Source: an uncultured virus (IMG/VR IMGVR_UViG_3300047322_001016)
Taxonomy: Duplodnaviria > Heunggongvirae > Uroviricota > Caudoviricetes
Length of the DNA stretch: 64,000 nucleotides
Strand: one strand, 5' to 3'
Virus record (IMG/VR): IMGVR_UViG_3300047322_001016
Numbering within the stretch: the stretch's first letter is position 1; the number at the start of each line of letters is the position of its first letter. Both the position numbers and the translations under genes were made by a program. Positions 45,494 to 54,740 of the stretch are shown here, piece by piece. The notes below the pieces were generated by a model, which saw only the letters and a program-made list of their open reading frames with translations, made no database searches and had not been told where the DNA came from.

Positions 45494-47305
45494 GTGTCGC
45501 TCCCGCTGACTCGCCCCAGGTCGGCGCCAAGTCTCGTTGCTTCAGCGTCGAGTTACACCGCGGCGACCGCCAACAGCTCGTACATCACGCGGCGCGGCTT
45601 GCCGTGGCAGAAAAGAGCGCTTGCATATCTCGACTTGATTCCCGAGCTTTCGTACTCTTCGAGGTTCTATGCTCGGATGCTTCGTCCGCTCAGGATCTTC
45701 CCGGCTGAACTGCAATCAGACGGAACGATCAAACGGATCGACTCGGGGCCGCCCGTTGACATCCTGAATCGTCTCAAGGCGAAAGACGGAACGATGAAGC
45801 CGATCCTGAACAACTACGGTCGGCTGATGTTCGCGACGGGAGAAGGGAACCTGCTCGGGCTCAACCTCGGAACAGACGACGAATACTGGTCTTTCGTCTG
45901 GAACGAAGAGGTCGAAGTCGAAATGTCGGGCGACGAAGTCAAGAAAATCATCCACAAGCCCTACGGGAACGTCGACCCGGCCGAGTACTCCCCGGAGGAA
46001 GCCCGGGCTTACCGCATGTGGACGCCGCACCCTGCGCGCAGCGGCGCCGCCGACTCGCCGATGCGGTCGGTGCTCGAGATCGCCGAAGAGCTGATCGCGT
46101 TGACGGCCGCCGTTCGTTCAACAGCGACGTCGCGCACCGTTTCCGGGCTGCTGCTGATGCCTCTCGAGATGGCGCCGCCGCCGGCCGAAGTGACGGGCGA
46201 CGAAGACGAAGAAGGAGACGTTTTCGTCGACGAGATGCTGCGCCATCTGGAAAGCCAGATCGAGAACGCGGGCAGCGCGGCCGCTTCTTCCCCGTGGGTT
46301 CTGTGGGGGGCCTACGAGCTTCTCGACCGGATCAGGATGGTGCAGCTCCACGATCCCCAAACCGACTACATGGAGCGCGACCTTCGGCTTGAGGCTGTGC
46401 AACGGATGGCGCGCGGCATGGACTTCCCGGCCGAGTTCCTGCTGGGCCTTTCCACCGCGAACCATTGGGCCGCGAAGCAGATCATCGACGACATGTGGCT
46501 TTCGCACGGGCAGGGGATCGCGTCGCAGCTGGTGGGCGACCTGAACGACGCCTACCTCCGGCCGCAGCTGAGGGACTACGAAGGCGGATATCCGAACTGG
46601 GAGAACGTGGTGGTTGCCTACGACGAGTCCGAGGTTGTCGTTCCCGCCGACCAGTCGGCCGACGCCGACGCGGCCGCCAAGCTCGGGAAGATCAGCGACT
46701 CCGGCTACCGGAAGCTGAAGAACATTCCCGAGGCCTATGCGCCGTCGAAAGACGAACACGAAGAGTGGCTCGCGATCCAACTCAAAGACCAGAGCATCCT
46801 CGGGAACGAACAGCCCGCCGCGGATCCGACGGAAGGGCCGCCGCCGCCGGGCCCGGAAGGGGACAGCGGCCGCAAGACGCGCGTGACCGCCGCCGCTTCC
46901 GTTGAAGAGTTCGAGTACCCGATTGAGCTTGGGGCGGCCGAGATGGCTTTGGCCCGCTGCCGTGAGCTGGCCGGGATCAGGCTTCGGCGTAAGGAAGGAA
47001 CGTGTCCCGAGTTCTTCGTTGGTGTCAACGGCGCCCCCGACGGGGAGATAGCAGCGGCAGTCGGACTCGAGATCCTCGACCGTCTGTCCACCAACGCGAT
47101 GACGCTTGTTCGCGGCGGCGCGGACACGCTCCAGACCGTTCTTTCGTCGTCTTGTGGCTACACGCCGCAGCAGGCGAACGTCGTCGCGGAGATGGTGGAG
47201 TCCTATGCGGCGCGTACTCTGTTCAAGTCAGGTCACCCAACGTTGCCGAGTGGTTTTGCGGCGCAGTTCGTGAGAGCCAAGGAGGCTTCCAATGTCAGTG
47301 ATTGA
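45494..47305 (+). CDS. portal protein
   Basis: 603 aa; RMWTPHP....ADSP, R.A.G.D.P.E.LLG....NHW.A motifs of actinophage portals; position in head module. Confidence 0.85.
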   Translation: MSLPLTRPRSAPSLVASASSYTAATANSSYITRRGLPWQKRALAYLDLIPELSYSSRFYARMLRPLRIFPAELQSDGTIKRIDSGPPVDILNRLKAKDGTMKPILNNYGRLMFATGEGNLLGLNLGTDDEYWSFVWNEEVEVEMSGDEVKKIIHKPYGNVDPAEYSPEEARAYRMWTPHPARSGAADSPMRSVLEIAEELIALTAAVRSTATSRTVSGLLLMPLEMAPPPAEVTGDEDEEGDVFVDEMLRHLESQIENAGSAAASSPWVLWGAYELLDRIRMVQLHDPQTDYMERDLRLEAVQRMARGMDFPAEFLLGLSTANHWAAKQIIDDMWLSHGQGIASQLVGDLNDAYLRPQLRDYEGGYPNWENVVVAYDESEVVVPADQSADADAAAKLGKISDSGYRKLKNIPEAYAPSKDEHEEWLAIQLKDQSILGNEQPAADPTEGPPPPGPEGDSGRKTRVTAAASVEEFEYPIELGAAEMALARCRELAGIRLRRKEGTCPEFFVGVNGAPDGEIAAAVGLEILDRLSTNAMTLVRGGADTLQTVLSSSCGYTPQQANVVAEMVESYAARTLFKSGHPTLPSGFAAQFVRAKEASNVSD

Positions 47306-49268
47306 GAAGAACGCGCTCGCGAACAGCACCGTCTGCGCTGCTTGCGGCAACAAGGTCGACATGGGGGAAACGGTTTGCCCCAACTGTGGCGCCGCGATGG
47401 CCGCGCAGGTTGAGGAAGCCGCAAAGAAGAAGCGGCGCCACAGGTTGAGCAAAACCCCTGCCCGTCTTTACGGCGGCGTTATTTCGTGTCCGACATGCGG
47501 CGAAGAGGTTCCCGACACAGACGAAAACTGCCCGAACTGCGGAGCGTCGATGCCCGCGTCATCGGGAGATCCCGCTCCGGCTGCGCCTGCTGGCGGCGGA
47601 GACACCGGCGGCGGCGGAGCGGCCGCTTCGACCGAAGGAGAAAACATGGCAGCGGAAACGACTCTTGATCCCGGCGACGTCACCGTCACAGTGGACGGCG
47701 AAGAGGTCCCAGCGGAACTGGGAACACGCCCCGACGACGCCGAAGCCGGCGAGCAGCTTGCGACGGTGATCGTCGTCGACGAAAGCGACGACGACGACGC
47801 AGGAACCGATGTCGCCTGCCCCGAGTGCGGCGCCGTAAACGACGGCGACGCGAAGTGCTGCGACCAGTGCGGCTGCGACATGCCAGGGATGGACGCCGAA
47901 GACCAGTCCGAGCCTCCCGAAACCCCGGGCGAAGCGCCCGACGCGGAAGACCAGGCTGAAGGGCCGGAGATGAACGTGCTTCCCACCTGGGAAGGAGAGC
48001 TCGCCTACCAGGGGATGGCGACGTCCGACGGCCGTGTGCTGATGGCCGGTCAGATCACGCACCGCGACCTTCCTCTGACGCTGATGTTCCAGTACATCAC
48101 CGCTGAAGGGCACATGGGCGCCGAGGCCTGCGGCAAGATCACGCAGATCTGGGAAGATCCTCGCCCCGACATGGGAGACGGCGTCGTCGCGATCATGGGT
48201 TCGGGCGAGTTCAGCACCGACATGATGGGGCCGACCGCGGCCGCGTCGCTGTCCGACGAGATCGTCCGCCACGTGTCCGTCGACATCGCCCCGAATTCCC
48301 GTGTCGTCCTGGACGCGAACACGCTGCAGGAGATTCCGTCCGACGAGCTCGACTATGACTCCGTTCTCAACGGCAGCTATCTGGTCGGGATCGGCGGCGA
48401 GATCATGGGCGCAACGATCGTGCCGTTCTCGGCGTTCGCGGACGCGAAGCTGCGGGCCGTCCCCGCCGGCGACGTCGTGCTCGCGTCGGCGTGGGTCGAC
48501 GTGCAGGAGGTCGACGCGAAAGTCCTCACGGTGTTCACGTCGAACGCTTCCTTCAAGCTGGTGCCGCGGTCGATCACCGCGTCCGCCGCCGGGCTGGCTC
48601 CGATCGCGCCGCCGCGCGACTGGTTCTTCAGCCCCGAGCCGGAAGGAAAGTTCCCGCTGACGGTGATGGACGACGGACGGATCATGGGGCACCTGGCGAC
48701 CTGGGACCAGTGCCACCACGGGTTCCTGAACGAGTGCGTGCTGGCGCAGCCTTCCCGCACCAGCTACTCGTTCTTCCACGTCGGCCAGATCATGACCGCG
48801 GAAGGCGAGTACGTCGACGTCGGCCGGATCGTGGTGGGCGAGAACGTCGGGTCTGGCCACGCCAGCGTCCAGTATCGGCTGGCGGAAGCAACCCGCCACT
48901 ACGACAAGACCGCGTTGGTCGGCGCGTTCGTCAGGGCCGTCGACGGCAAGTACGGGATCTGGCTGTCCGGTGTTGTCCGGTCCGATTGTCCGGCCGAGCG
49001 CGTCCGCGACATGCTCGCGAACCCGCCGTCGGGCGACTGGCGGGCCGAGAACGGCCATCTCGAGCTGATCGCGGCCCTGTCGGTGCCGGTGCCGGGGTTC
49101 CCGGTGCCGCGCTACGAGTACGCGCTCACCGCCAGCGCCGAGGACGCGGAAGTCCAGACGCTGATCGCGACCGGGTACTTCGAGCTCGACCCGCCGTCGT
49201 TCTCGCGGGCCGAGATGCGCAAGCGCGAGGTTCTGATCAACCAGGCACGGAAGATCGCGCAGGGATGA
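47292..49268 (+). CDS. capsid maturation protease with N-terminal Zn ribbons
   Basis: TSDGR...GH..A...G...VSVD...GATIVP..AF protease-like domain; second domain GHLA.W..CH...SGDWR...LELIAAL.V..PGFP. Confidence 0.7.
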   Translation: MSVIEKNALANSTVCAACGNKVDMGETVCPNCGAAMAAQVEEAAKKKRRHRLSKTPARLYGGVISCPTCGEEVPDTDENCPNCGASMPASSGDPAPAAPAGGGDTGGGGAAASTEGENMAAETTLDPGDVTVTVDGEEVPAELGTRPDDAEAGEQLATVIVVDESDDDDAGTDVACPECGAVNDGDAKCCDQCGCDMPGMDAEDQSEPPETPGEAPDAEDQAEGPEMNVLPTWEGELAYQGMATSDGRVLMAGQITHRDLPLTLMFQYITAEGHMGAEACGKITQIWEDPRPDMGDGVVAIMGSGEFSTDMMGPTAAASLSDEIVRHVSVDIAPNSRVVLDANTLQEIPSDELDYDSVLNGSYLVGIGGEIMGATIVPFSAFADAKLRAVPAGDVVLASAWVDVQEVDAKVLTVFTSNASFKLVPRSITASAAGLAPIAPPRDWFFSPEPEGKFPLTVMDDGRIMGHLATWDQCHHGFLNECVLAQPSRTSYSFFHVGQIMTAEGEYVDVGRIVVGENVGSGHASVQYRLAEATRHYDKTALVGAFVRAVDGKYGIWLSGVVRSDCPAERVRDMLANPPSGDWRAENGHLELIAALSVPVPGFPVPRYEYALTASAEDAEVQTLIATGYFELDPPSFSRAEMRKREVLINQARKIAQG

Positions 49269-49993
49269 GCAAGCCAGTTCGGGAAGCGGTGGTGGCGACC
49301 GGCGGCCTTTGCGCCCCGGCGCCACCGCTTTCTGCGGAGTCCTCGTTGAAAGCCGCCCGCGCCATGGTCGAGCTGGCCGCTGTAGGGCTGGCCCCGGACG
49401 TGACGCAGCTCGCGATGGTCGCGCTGTACCCGGAGCCGGAAGAGGCCGGGGCGATCGCGGAGTTCGGAGATGTTGACCCGGCCACGTTGCACGTCACGAT
49501 GGTGTTCCTCGGCGACGTCGCCAACATCGACCTGAAGGCCGCCGCTCGAGCTGTCGGCAGTGCTTCCGGGTCGACGAAACCGATGTCAGGGGCGATCAGC
49601 GGCGCCGGCGTGTTCGCCGAAGGGCCCGACGGATACCCGCAGATCGCGATCCCGGGTGTGCAAGGTCTTTCGGCTTTGCGTTCGATGCTGGTCGACAGGC
49701 TCGCCGCGGAAGGGATCGTGTCTCCGTCACAGCATGACTGGGTTCCTCACATGACGTTGGCGTACATCGACGAGCCGGAGCTTCCCGACACGGGAGTCAT
49801 CGGCTTGCCGGTTACGTTCAACCAGCTTTCCCTGGTCGTCGAAGACGTTCGTGAGGACTTCCCGCTTGACCCGCAAGGTTCGGCCGACGACGTTCACAGG
49901 CCCGATCCCGGCGAGAAGGCCGCGGCCCGTTTCTCGCGGGCTGACCTTCGGCGCCGCTCGATGCTGATCACACAGGCGAAGGAGTTGGTATGA
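49265..49993 (+). CDS. 2H phosphoesterase (2'-5' RNA ligase/LigT-like)
   Basis: two HxT motifs: LHVTMVFLG and PHMTLAY. Confidence 0.85.
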   Translation: MSKPVREAVVATGGLCAPAPPLSAESSLKAARAMVELAAVGLAPDVTQLAMVALYPEPEEAGAIAEFGDVDPATLHVTMVFLGDVANIDLKAAARAVGSASGSTKPMSGAISGAGVFAEGPDGYPQIAIPGVQGLSALRSMLVDRLAAEGIVSPSQHDWVPHMTLAYIDEPELPDTGVIGLPVTFNQLSLVVEDVREDFPLDPQGSADDVHRPDPGEKAAARFSRADLRRRSMLITQAKELV

Positions 49994-50376
49994 GCAACGT
50001 TGACATGAGCTCCCTGTCGAAGGGCAGGCAACGCGAGATCGGAGCGTTGAAGATCGCGACCGACCGTGTCCGCGAACGCAACGACTCGACGGTGCCCCTG
50101 ACCGTCCACGTTTCGGCCGACACGATCGAGTGGCTGACGATCGTCGGCGGAGACGTTTTCAAGGACTATCCGGCGAAGGTGCGGCGCCGCATGGCGTCGG
50201 AAGGGTCGGCGCTTCCCGACGGGTCGTTTCCGATCGCGAACTGCTCGGACGCGGCCGACGCGATCCACTCGATCGGCCGGGCCGATCCGGCGAAGCGCTC
50301 CCAGGCGGAAGCACACATCCGCAAGCGCGTCAAGGCTCTCGGCTGCTCCGGCTCCGTCTACGAAAATTGGAGCTGA
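49990..50376 (+). CDS. head-associated protein, DUF6582-like
   Basis: ALPDGSFPI....D...AI...GRA......HI.KR..ALG. Confidence 0.65.
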   Translation: MSNVDMSSLSKGRQREIGALKIATDRVRERNDSTVPLTVHVSADTIEWLTIVGGDVFKDYPAKVRRRMASEGSALPDGSFPIANCSDAADAIHSIGRADPAKRSQAEAHIRKRVKALGCSGSVYENWS

Positions 50377-50385
50377 TCAGTAGCC

Positions 50386-50802
50386 GTGGGATGTAACTGC
50401 GGCAAGAAGGGTGCGCTGCCGAAGGTGGCGCGAACGGCCACACGAGAAAGGTGGGCTGCGCTGATGGACAAAACATACGTGAACGCAACCGACGGGATCT
50501 TGTCTTCCAGGAACCCGCGTTTGGCGTTGAAGCCAGGAGAGACGCTGCTGGTGACGCCGGAGATGATGTCGTACTCGATCCGCATGTGGGTTCGCAACGG
50601 CTCGCTTGCCATCCAGAAGGAAGAAGCGAAGGCCGAGCCCGTGGCGCCCGCGGAGGCCGACGTGGTCGCCAACGGCAATGACGAGATCGTGGCCGAGCGA
50701 CCTGCGCCACAGGCCAAGCCCGCAGCGAAACCTGCCGCGAAGAAGCCCGCCGCCAGGAAGCCCGTCGCGGCCGCCAAGAAGCCCGCCGCAGCCAAGAAGT
50801 AG
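50386..50802 (+). CDS. hypothetical protein with histone-like AKKP tail
   Basis: MGCNCGKKG N-terminus; PAAKKPAARKP C-terminus. Confidence 0.65.
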   Translation: MGCNCGKKGALPKVARTATRERWAALMDKTYVNATDGILSSRNPRLALKPGETLLVTPEMMSYSIRMWVRNGSLAIQKEEAKAEPVAPAEADVVANGNDEIVAERPAPQAKPAAKPAAKKPAARKPVAAAKKPAAAKK

Positions 50803-50858
50803 CGCTGCCCGTCGAGATTCGGATCCAGCATCGCCCTGGCCGCGAGTCCGTCGAGCGG

Positions 50859-51458
50859 ATGCTGCCGCTCCTACCGCCAGCGGTAGTCGTGGTCTCCGAC
50901 GACGGAGAGCCACTCAACCCGTGGCGCGGCTACAAGCTGTGCCTCTCCGGAATTCCGGAGGAAGGCCATGTGGCGGTGCTACAAGATGACACCGTTCCGT
51001 GCCGAAACTTCGCACCGGCTTTGGAGCTGATCGCGGCCGCCAACCCGGATGTGCCGGTCAGCTTGTTCATGAGCAAGGTGCCGCGTCGCACCTACAACCT
51101 GTCGTTGCTGCGGACAGGGAAAAGCCGCTACGTCGACCAGAACCTGCAGGACCTCGTTCATGTCGTCGCGATCCTGTGGCCCGTCGGGAAGGCCCGCGAG
51201 TTCATAGCGTGGATCGAAGCGAACCCGAAACGGATCCGGGCCGGAGGGATCAGCACATCCGACGACGCGCATGTGTCACGGTGGATGCAGCTGACGCACC
51301 AGCGGTTCAGGTGCACGATCCCGAGCATCGTTCAGCATCCCGACGACGTCGACTCGATCGTGAACGGCTTGAAAGTCAGCTATGGGCGCGACAGTGGCCG
51401 CACTGCGGCTGCTTGGATCGGGGACGCCGATCCGCTCGAGCTCGACTGGTCGCGTTAG
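50859..51458 (+). CDS. glycosyltransferase-like protein
   Basis: VLQDD...DD...PSIVQH; start may lie further upstream. Confidence 0.6.
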   Translation: MLPLLPPAVVVVSDDGEPLNPWRGYKLCLSGIPEEGHVAVLQDDTVPCRNFAPALELIAAANPDVPVSLFMSKVPRRTYNLSLLRTGKSRYVDQNLQDLVHVVAILWPVGKAREFIAWIEANPKRIRAGGISTSDDAHVSRWMQLTHQRFRCTIPSIVQHPDDVDSIVNGLKVSYGRDSGRTAAAWIGDADPLELDWSR

Positions 51459-51878
51459 GCGAATCCGTCTCCAGGGTAGAAGAAAGCAATCTACGAAGGA
51501 GAGATTATGCAGAGCGAAACGGAACGTCTCGAAACGCAGGATCCGACGCCGACGTCCCGCCCCGACCCGGTTCCGACGTCGACGCCAGCCCCGACGCCGG
51601 CGCCTTCCACTCCGTCACCGAAGGAGTCACGTCATGGAGAATGACGCAACCAGGGAGAACAGGCATACGCTCGCCCCCGCTGTGCAGGAGTACCGCGAGG
51701 GCGTGAACAACGGCGAAGACGAGAAGGACGTGGCCCACAGGGTCGCGGAGAAGTGGGGCGTCACTCAGAAGGATCTGAGGGAACGCTCCGAGGCTGGCGC
51801 CTAGCACACTGACGGCTACGAAGCCCATCTAGGAGATGGGCTTCGTAACCAACTCTGTGCATCTAGAGAAGCGCACTA

Positions 51879-51953
51879 CAGCGACGGCGGGATTTGAACC
51901 CGCGACCTGCTCCGTGACAGGGAGCCGAGCACTCCTGACTGCTCCACGCCGCT
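51879..51953 (-). tRNA. tRNA-Asp(GTC)
   Basis: GCTCC-CT-GTC-AC-GGAGC, G73. Confidence 0.88.
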
Positions 51954-51966
51954 TCGTTTGGTACAG

Positions 51967-52038
51967 CTCCCAGGGCTGGATTCGAACCAGCGACACTTCG
52001 GTTAACAGCCGAATGCTCTTCCGCTGAGCTACCCGGGA
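51967..52038 (-). tRNA. tRNA-Asn(GTT)
   Basis: TTCGG-CT-GTT-AA-CCGAA. Confidence 0.95.
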
Positions 52039-52060
52039 CAGCTCGGTGCATGTTACTGCA

Positions 52061-52132
52061 AGCCCTCCGCAGGAATCGAACCTGCGCTCGCGGGGCCGAA
52101 ACCCGCAGCTCTCTCCACTGAGCTAGGAGGGC
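52061..52132 (-). tRNA. tRNA-Arg(TCG)
   Basis: GCGGG-TT-TCG-GC-CCCGC. Confidence 0.88.
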
Positions 52133-52137
52133 GTACA

Positions 52138-52210
52138 AGCGACCGGCGGGCTTCGAACCCGCGACCTCGACGTTGGCAACGTCGCGTTCTACCGGCTGAA
52201 CTACGGTCGC
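52138..52210 (-). tRNA. tRNA-Gly(GCC)
   Basis: CGACG-TT-GCC-AA-CGTCG. Confidence 0.92.
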
Positions 52211-52216
52211 ACGAGG

Positions 52217-52292
52217 TAGGGGCTGCGGGATTCGAACCCGCGACCTTCTGGCTGAGAACCAGACGTCCTAGACCTGCCTAGACCAAGCCCCC
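52217..52292 (-). tRNA. tRNA-Glu(CTC)
   Basis: TCTGG-TT-CTC-AG-CCAGA. Confidence 0.88.
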
Positions 52293-52297
52293 GAACA

Positions 52298-52370
52298 TGG
52301 CCCCGCCGGGATTCGAACCCGGGTAGCCAACTTGAAAGGATGGCGAACTAGACCGCTATTCGACGGAGCC
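52298..52370 (-). tRNA. tRNA-Glu(TTC)
   Basis: CCATC-CT-TTC-AA-GTTGG. Confidence 0.85.
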
Positions 52371-52419
52371 GAGTATGTCTAGGTGCGTTCGAGATGCTGT
52401 GCGATCGCCACGTGCATGA

Positions 52420-52755
52420 TCATACACGGTCGCGCGGGAGTTCCTCGTAGACGGCGGCCGGGAATCCCATCTGCACAGGGTCGCCGATGCTGACGGTGAC
52501 GCCGTGCTGTTCCGCGAACTCGAGCAACTCACGCACCCGCGTCTCCCCGTATGGGCCCTCCATGTGCAGCTTCAGACGGTAGCGCCTGGTCGTGTACCGG
52601 TAGACGTCGTGGGCCGGGGTGTTGTCGTCGAGCGTGAGCGAGACCGGATAGTGGAACTGGTCGATGGCGGCGTGCATGATCGCGATCAGGTCGTCGGGCG
52701 GCACGTGCGCCAGGTAGTGCTTGCCGTGGTTCTCGTGTGCACTGGGAGCGGTCAT
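52420..52755 (-). CDS. hypothetical protein
   Basis: ATGA-coupled run downstream of Ro60. Confidence 0.6.
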   Translation of the reverse strand: MTAPSAHENHGKHYLAHVPPDDLIAIMHAAIDQFHYPVSLTLDDNTPAHDVYRYTTRRYRLKLHMEGPYGETRVRELLEFAEQHGVTVSIGDPVQMGFPAAVYEELPRDRV

Positions 52756-53336
52756 CGTTCGTCCTTCAGCAGCGGCCGTCCGTTGATCCAGCGTTCGTAG
52801 GCGATCATCAGGAACGTCTGCTGCGGGTCGTTGGGCCACTGGCCATGACCATGCTGGGAGTGCCAGTCTTGGACGCTTTTCAGATGCGCAGCAAGCGAAC
52901 CGGGATCAAGCACTTCTTGCTCCTGGTTTTTCCTTTTGCAGGCGGGGCATGGCCCAGGCTTCTGCGCGAGGTCAGCGATCTTGTTGAGCCGCACCCAGAT
53001 CGGCCCTCCGCAGTCTTTGCAGATGTGGCGGAGGAAAAGCTGGTCTTGCGTCTCAGATTTGAAACCGAACCTGAGTTCGGCGTAGCCGAAGATCAGGCCG
53101 TCGGCGGTCAGTTCCAGGCCTCGGTGCCAGCCTTCGCCGTAGCTCTCTCCGATCGTGACGGGCCCGAGCGGTTCGATCTCCCACACCCTGTCCTGCGGAA
53201 GGAACTGGCGCAGAGCGCTGACCGCTTTGCTGCGAAGGTCGGCGGCTTGCTTCTGTTCCGCTTCGAACTGCTTCGCGGCTGACTCCGCCCGGATGCGTTG
53301 AAGCTCGAGCGCGGCGTACCTGAGAAGGTCGCTCAT
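52752..53336 (-). CDS. hypothetical protein with Zn ribbon
   Basis: CKDC...CPAC. Confidence 0.65.
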   Translation of the reverse strand: MSDLLRYAALELQRIRAESAAKQFEAEQKQAADLRSKAVSALRQFLPQDRVWEIEPLGPVTIGESYGEGWHRGLELTADGLIFGYAELRFGFKSETQDQLFLRHICKDCGGPIWVRLNKIADLAQKPGPCPACKRKNQEQEVLDPGSLAAHLKSVQDWHSQHGHGQWPNDPQQTFLMIAYERWINGRPLLKDER

Positions 53337-53481
53337 CGTTGCCTTTCTCCGGCGTAGATCAGATAGAGGGTCGCGGGCGGAAGCGAGATCCTGGTGCTGC
53401 GGCAAACAAGCAGGGCCTCCCATCCGCAGACCGAGAACACCTGGATCAGCGCTTCCTTCAGCGCGTCGACTTCGGCCTGGC

Positions 53482-53715
53482 TCATTTCGATTGCCTCGTC
53501 TCAACGAGACGGCAGCGGGTGCAATACCACGTTTCCGTGTAGTAGAGGACGATCCCGTTGCGTTCTTTTCTGGCGCGTTCCAACAGCCGCCACTCGTGCT
53601 CCATCGGCACCAGCGTCTTCCCGGCGACCGCCCCGGTTTCGGTGTTGACGTATTCGACCAGCCGTCTCCGTTCGGGGCAGGGAGTGTCTCCGGTCGGGAA
53701 CTCGACGTCGGTCAT
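53482..53715 (-). CDS. hypothetical protein
   Basis: HEW...YCTRC. Confidence 0.55.
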   Translation of the reverse strand: MTDVEFPTGDTPCPERRRLVEYVNTETGAVAGKTLVPMEHEWRLLERARKERNGIVLYYTETWYCTRCRLVETRQSK

Positions 53716-53927
53716 GTTTTCGCCGCCTGGATCTGCTGCGACAAAACCGACTTTTCCGGAGGGTCGACGTCGACCTCGAGTTGGGTGCCGAAAAACGAGC
53801 GGCAGCAGCGCGACGTGCAGAACGCGTCGGCCTCGCCCCATTTGTTGACCGTCGTGATCGGCTTCTCGCAGACCAGGCAGCAGCCGTCGACGCGCGGCTG
53901 CGGCTCGGCTATCGGCTCAGTAATCAC
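53712..53927 (-). CDS. small Zn-binding protein
   Basis: CLVCEKPI...FCTSRC. Confidence 0.6.
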   Translation of the reverse strand: MITEPIAEPQPRVDGCCLVCEKPITTVNKWGEADAFCTSRCCRSFFGTQLEVDVDPPEKSVLSQQIQAAKT

Positions 53928-54390
53928 GTCTTACCTCTATTGGTGAGAATGTGTCGGGGACGCGGGACTCCGCGACCCTCCATGCCAACGCTTCCAGCTC
54001 GGCCTTCGTGTGGGGCTTGCTGAACTCTTCCAGTTCTTCTTGCCGCAGCCAGTAGCTTCCGAACTCCGTCGTGATCGTGATCCGAAGCAGGCCGGGAAGG
54101 AAGTGCGGCTCATACGTCACGATCCGCTTCGGCTCGACCAGCTCGCCGCACTTGCGGCACCGGTACTCGCCAACGTCTATTTCGCAGGCGTCGTACTCGT
54201 CTCCCACCCACTCCGTGCCGGTCACAACCCACTCGACCGTCGGGATCGTCTCGCCGACCCACACATGCGCGTGGCCGCCCCCGTCAACATGCTTCCACTT
54301 CGGGTCGGGAACACGACGTGGGCTCATCGTGTTGACTTCGACGATCTCGCGTTCCATTTCGATCTGGATTCCGCGAGCCGCGTACTTCAC
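53917..54390 (-). CDS. hypothetical protein
   Basis: GTGA-coupled; YRCRKCGE. Confidence 0.6.
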   Translation of the reverse strand: MKYAARGIQIEMEREIVEVNTMSPRRVPDPKWKHVDGGGHAHVWVGETIPTVEWVVTGTEWVGDEYDACEIDVGEYRCRKCGELVEPKRIVTYEPHFLPGLLRITITTEFGSYWLRQEELEEFSKPHTKAELEALAWRVAESRVPDTFSPIEVRRDY

Positions 54391-54740
54391 AGGCCGTTCC
54401 GCTCCCAGTACTGCGGGTGCTTCTCCCGCCGGTACTGGAACACATCGCCGAACGCGGTGAAGCCTGTTTCGCCGGGTCGTCTGAGATACCACTGCATCGG
54501 CCCTTGCGGCACATGCCCTGACGGCGGGTCGTAAGCGAAGTTCGCGACGTCCGCGTAGCCGGTCAACTCGACCATCTGCGCGTTGTCGGAAACACGGTGA
54601 AGACGGAACGTCGAAGGCTCCGTTCCCGCGGCGAGCGGAAGGTTCCGTGATCGCCGCGGGACAGGCCCTTCGTCGTGCTGGTCTTGCTCAACAAGCTCGA
54701 TGTCGCCGAACGTGGTGGGAAAGTCGAAGACGTCCGTCAT
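54387..54740 (-). CDS. hypothetical protein
   Basis: ATGA-coupled to the Ro60 stop. Confidence 0.55.
   Translation of the reverse strand: MTDVFDFPTTFGDIELVEQDQHDEGPVPRRSRNLPLAAGTEPSTFRLHRVSDNAQMVELTGYADVANFAYDPPSGHVPQGPMQWYLRRPGETGFTAFGDVFQYRREKHPQYWERNGL

Noticed and set aside
47559..49325. Long antisense or alternate-frame ORFs (also 36949-38088, 55250-56593, 62399-63985)
   Set aside because: Shadow ORFs expected from high GC3 opposite well-supported genes; Arg/Gly/Val-rich with no motifs.
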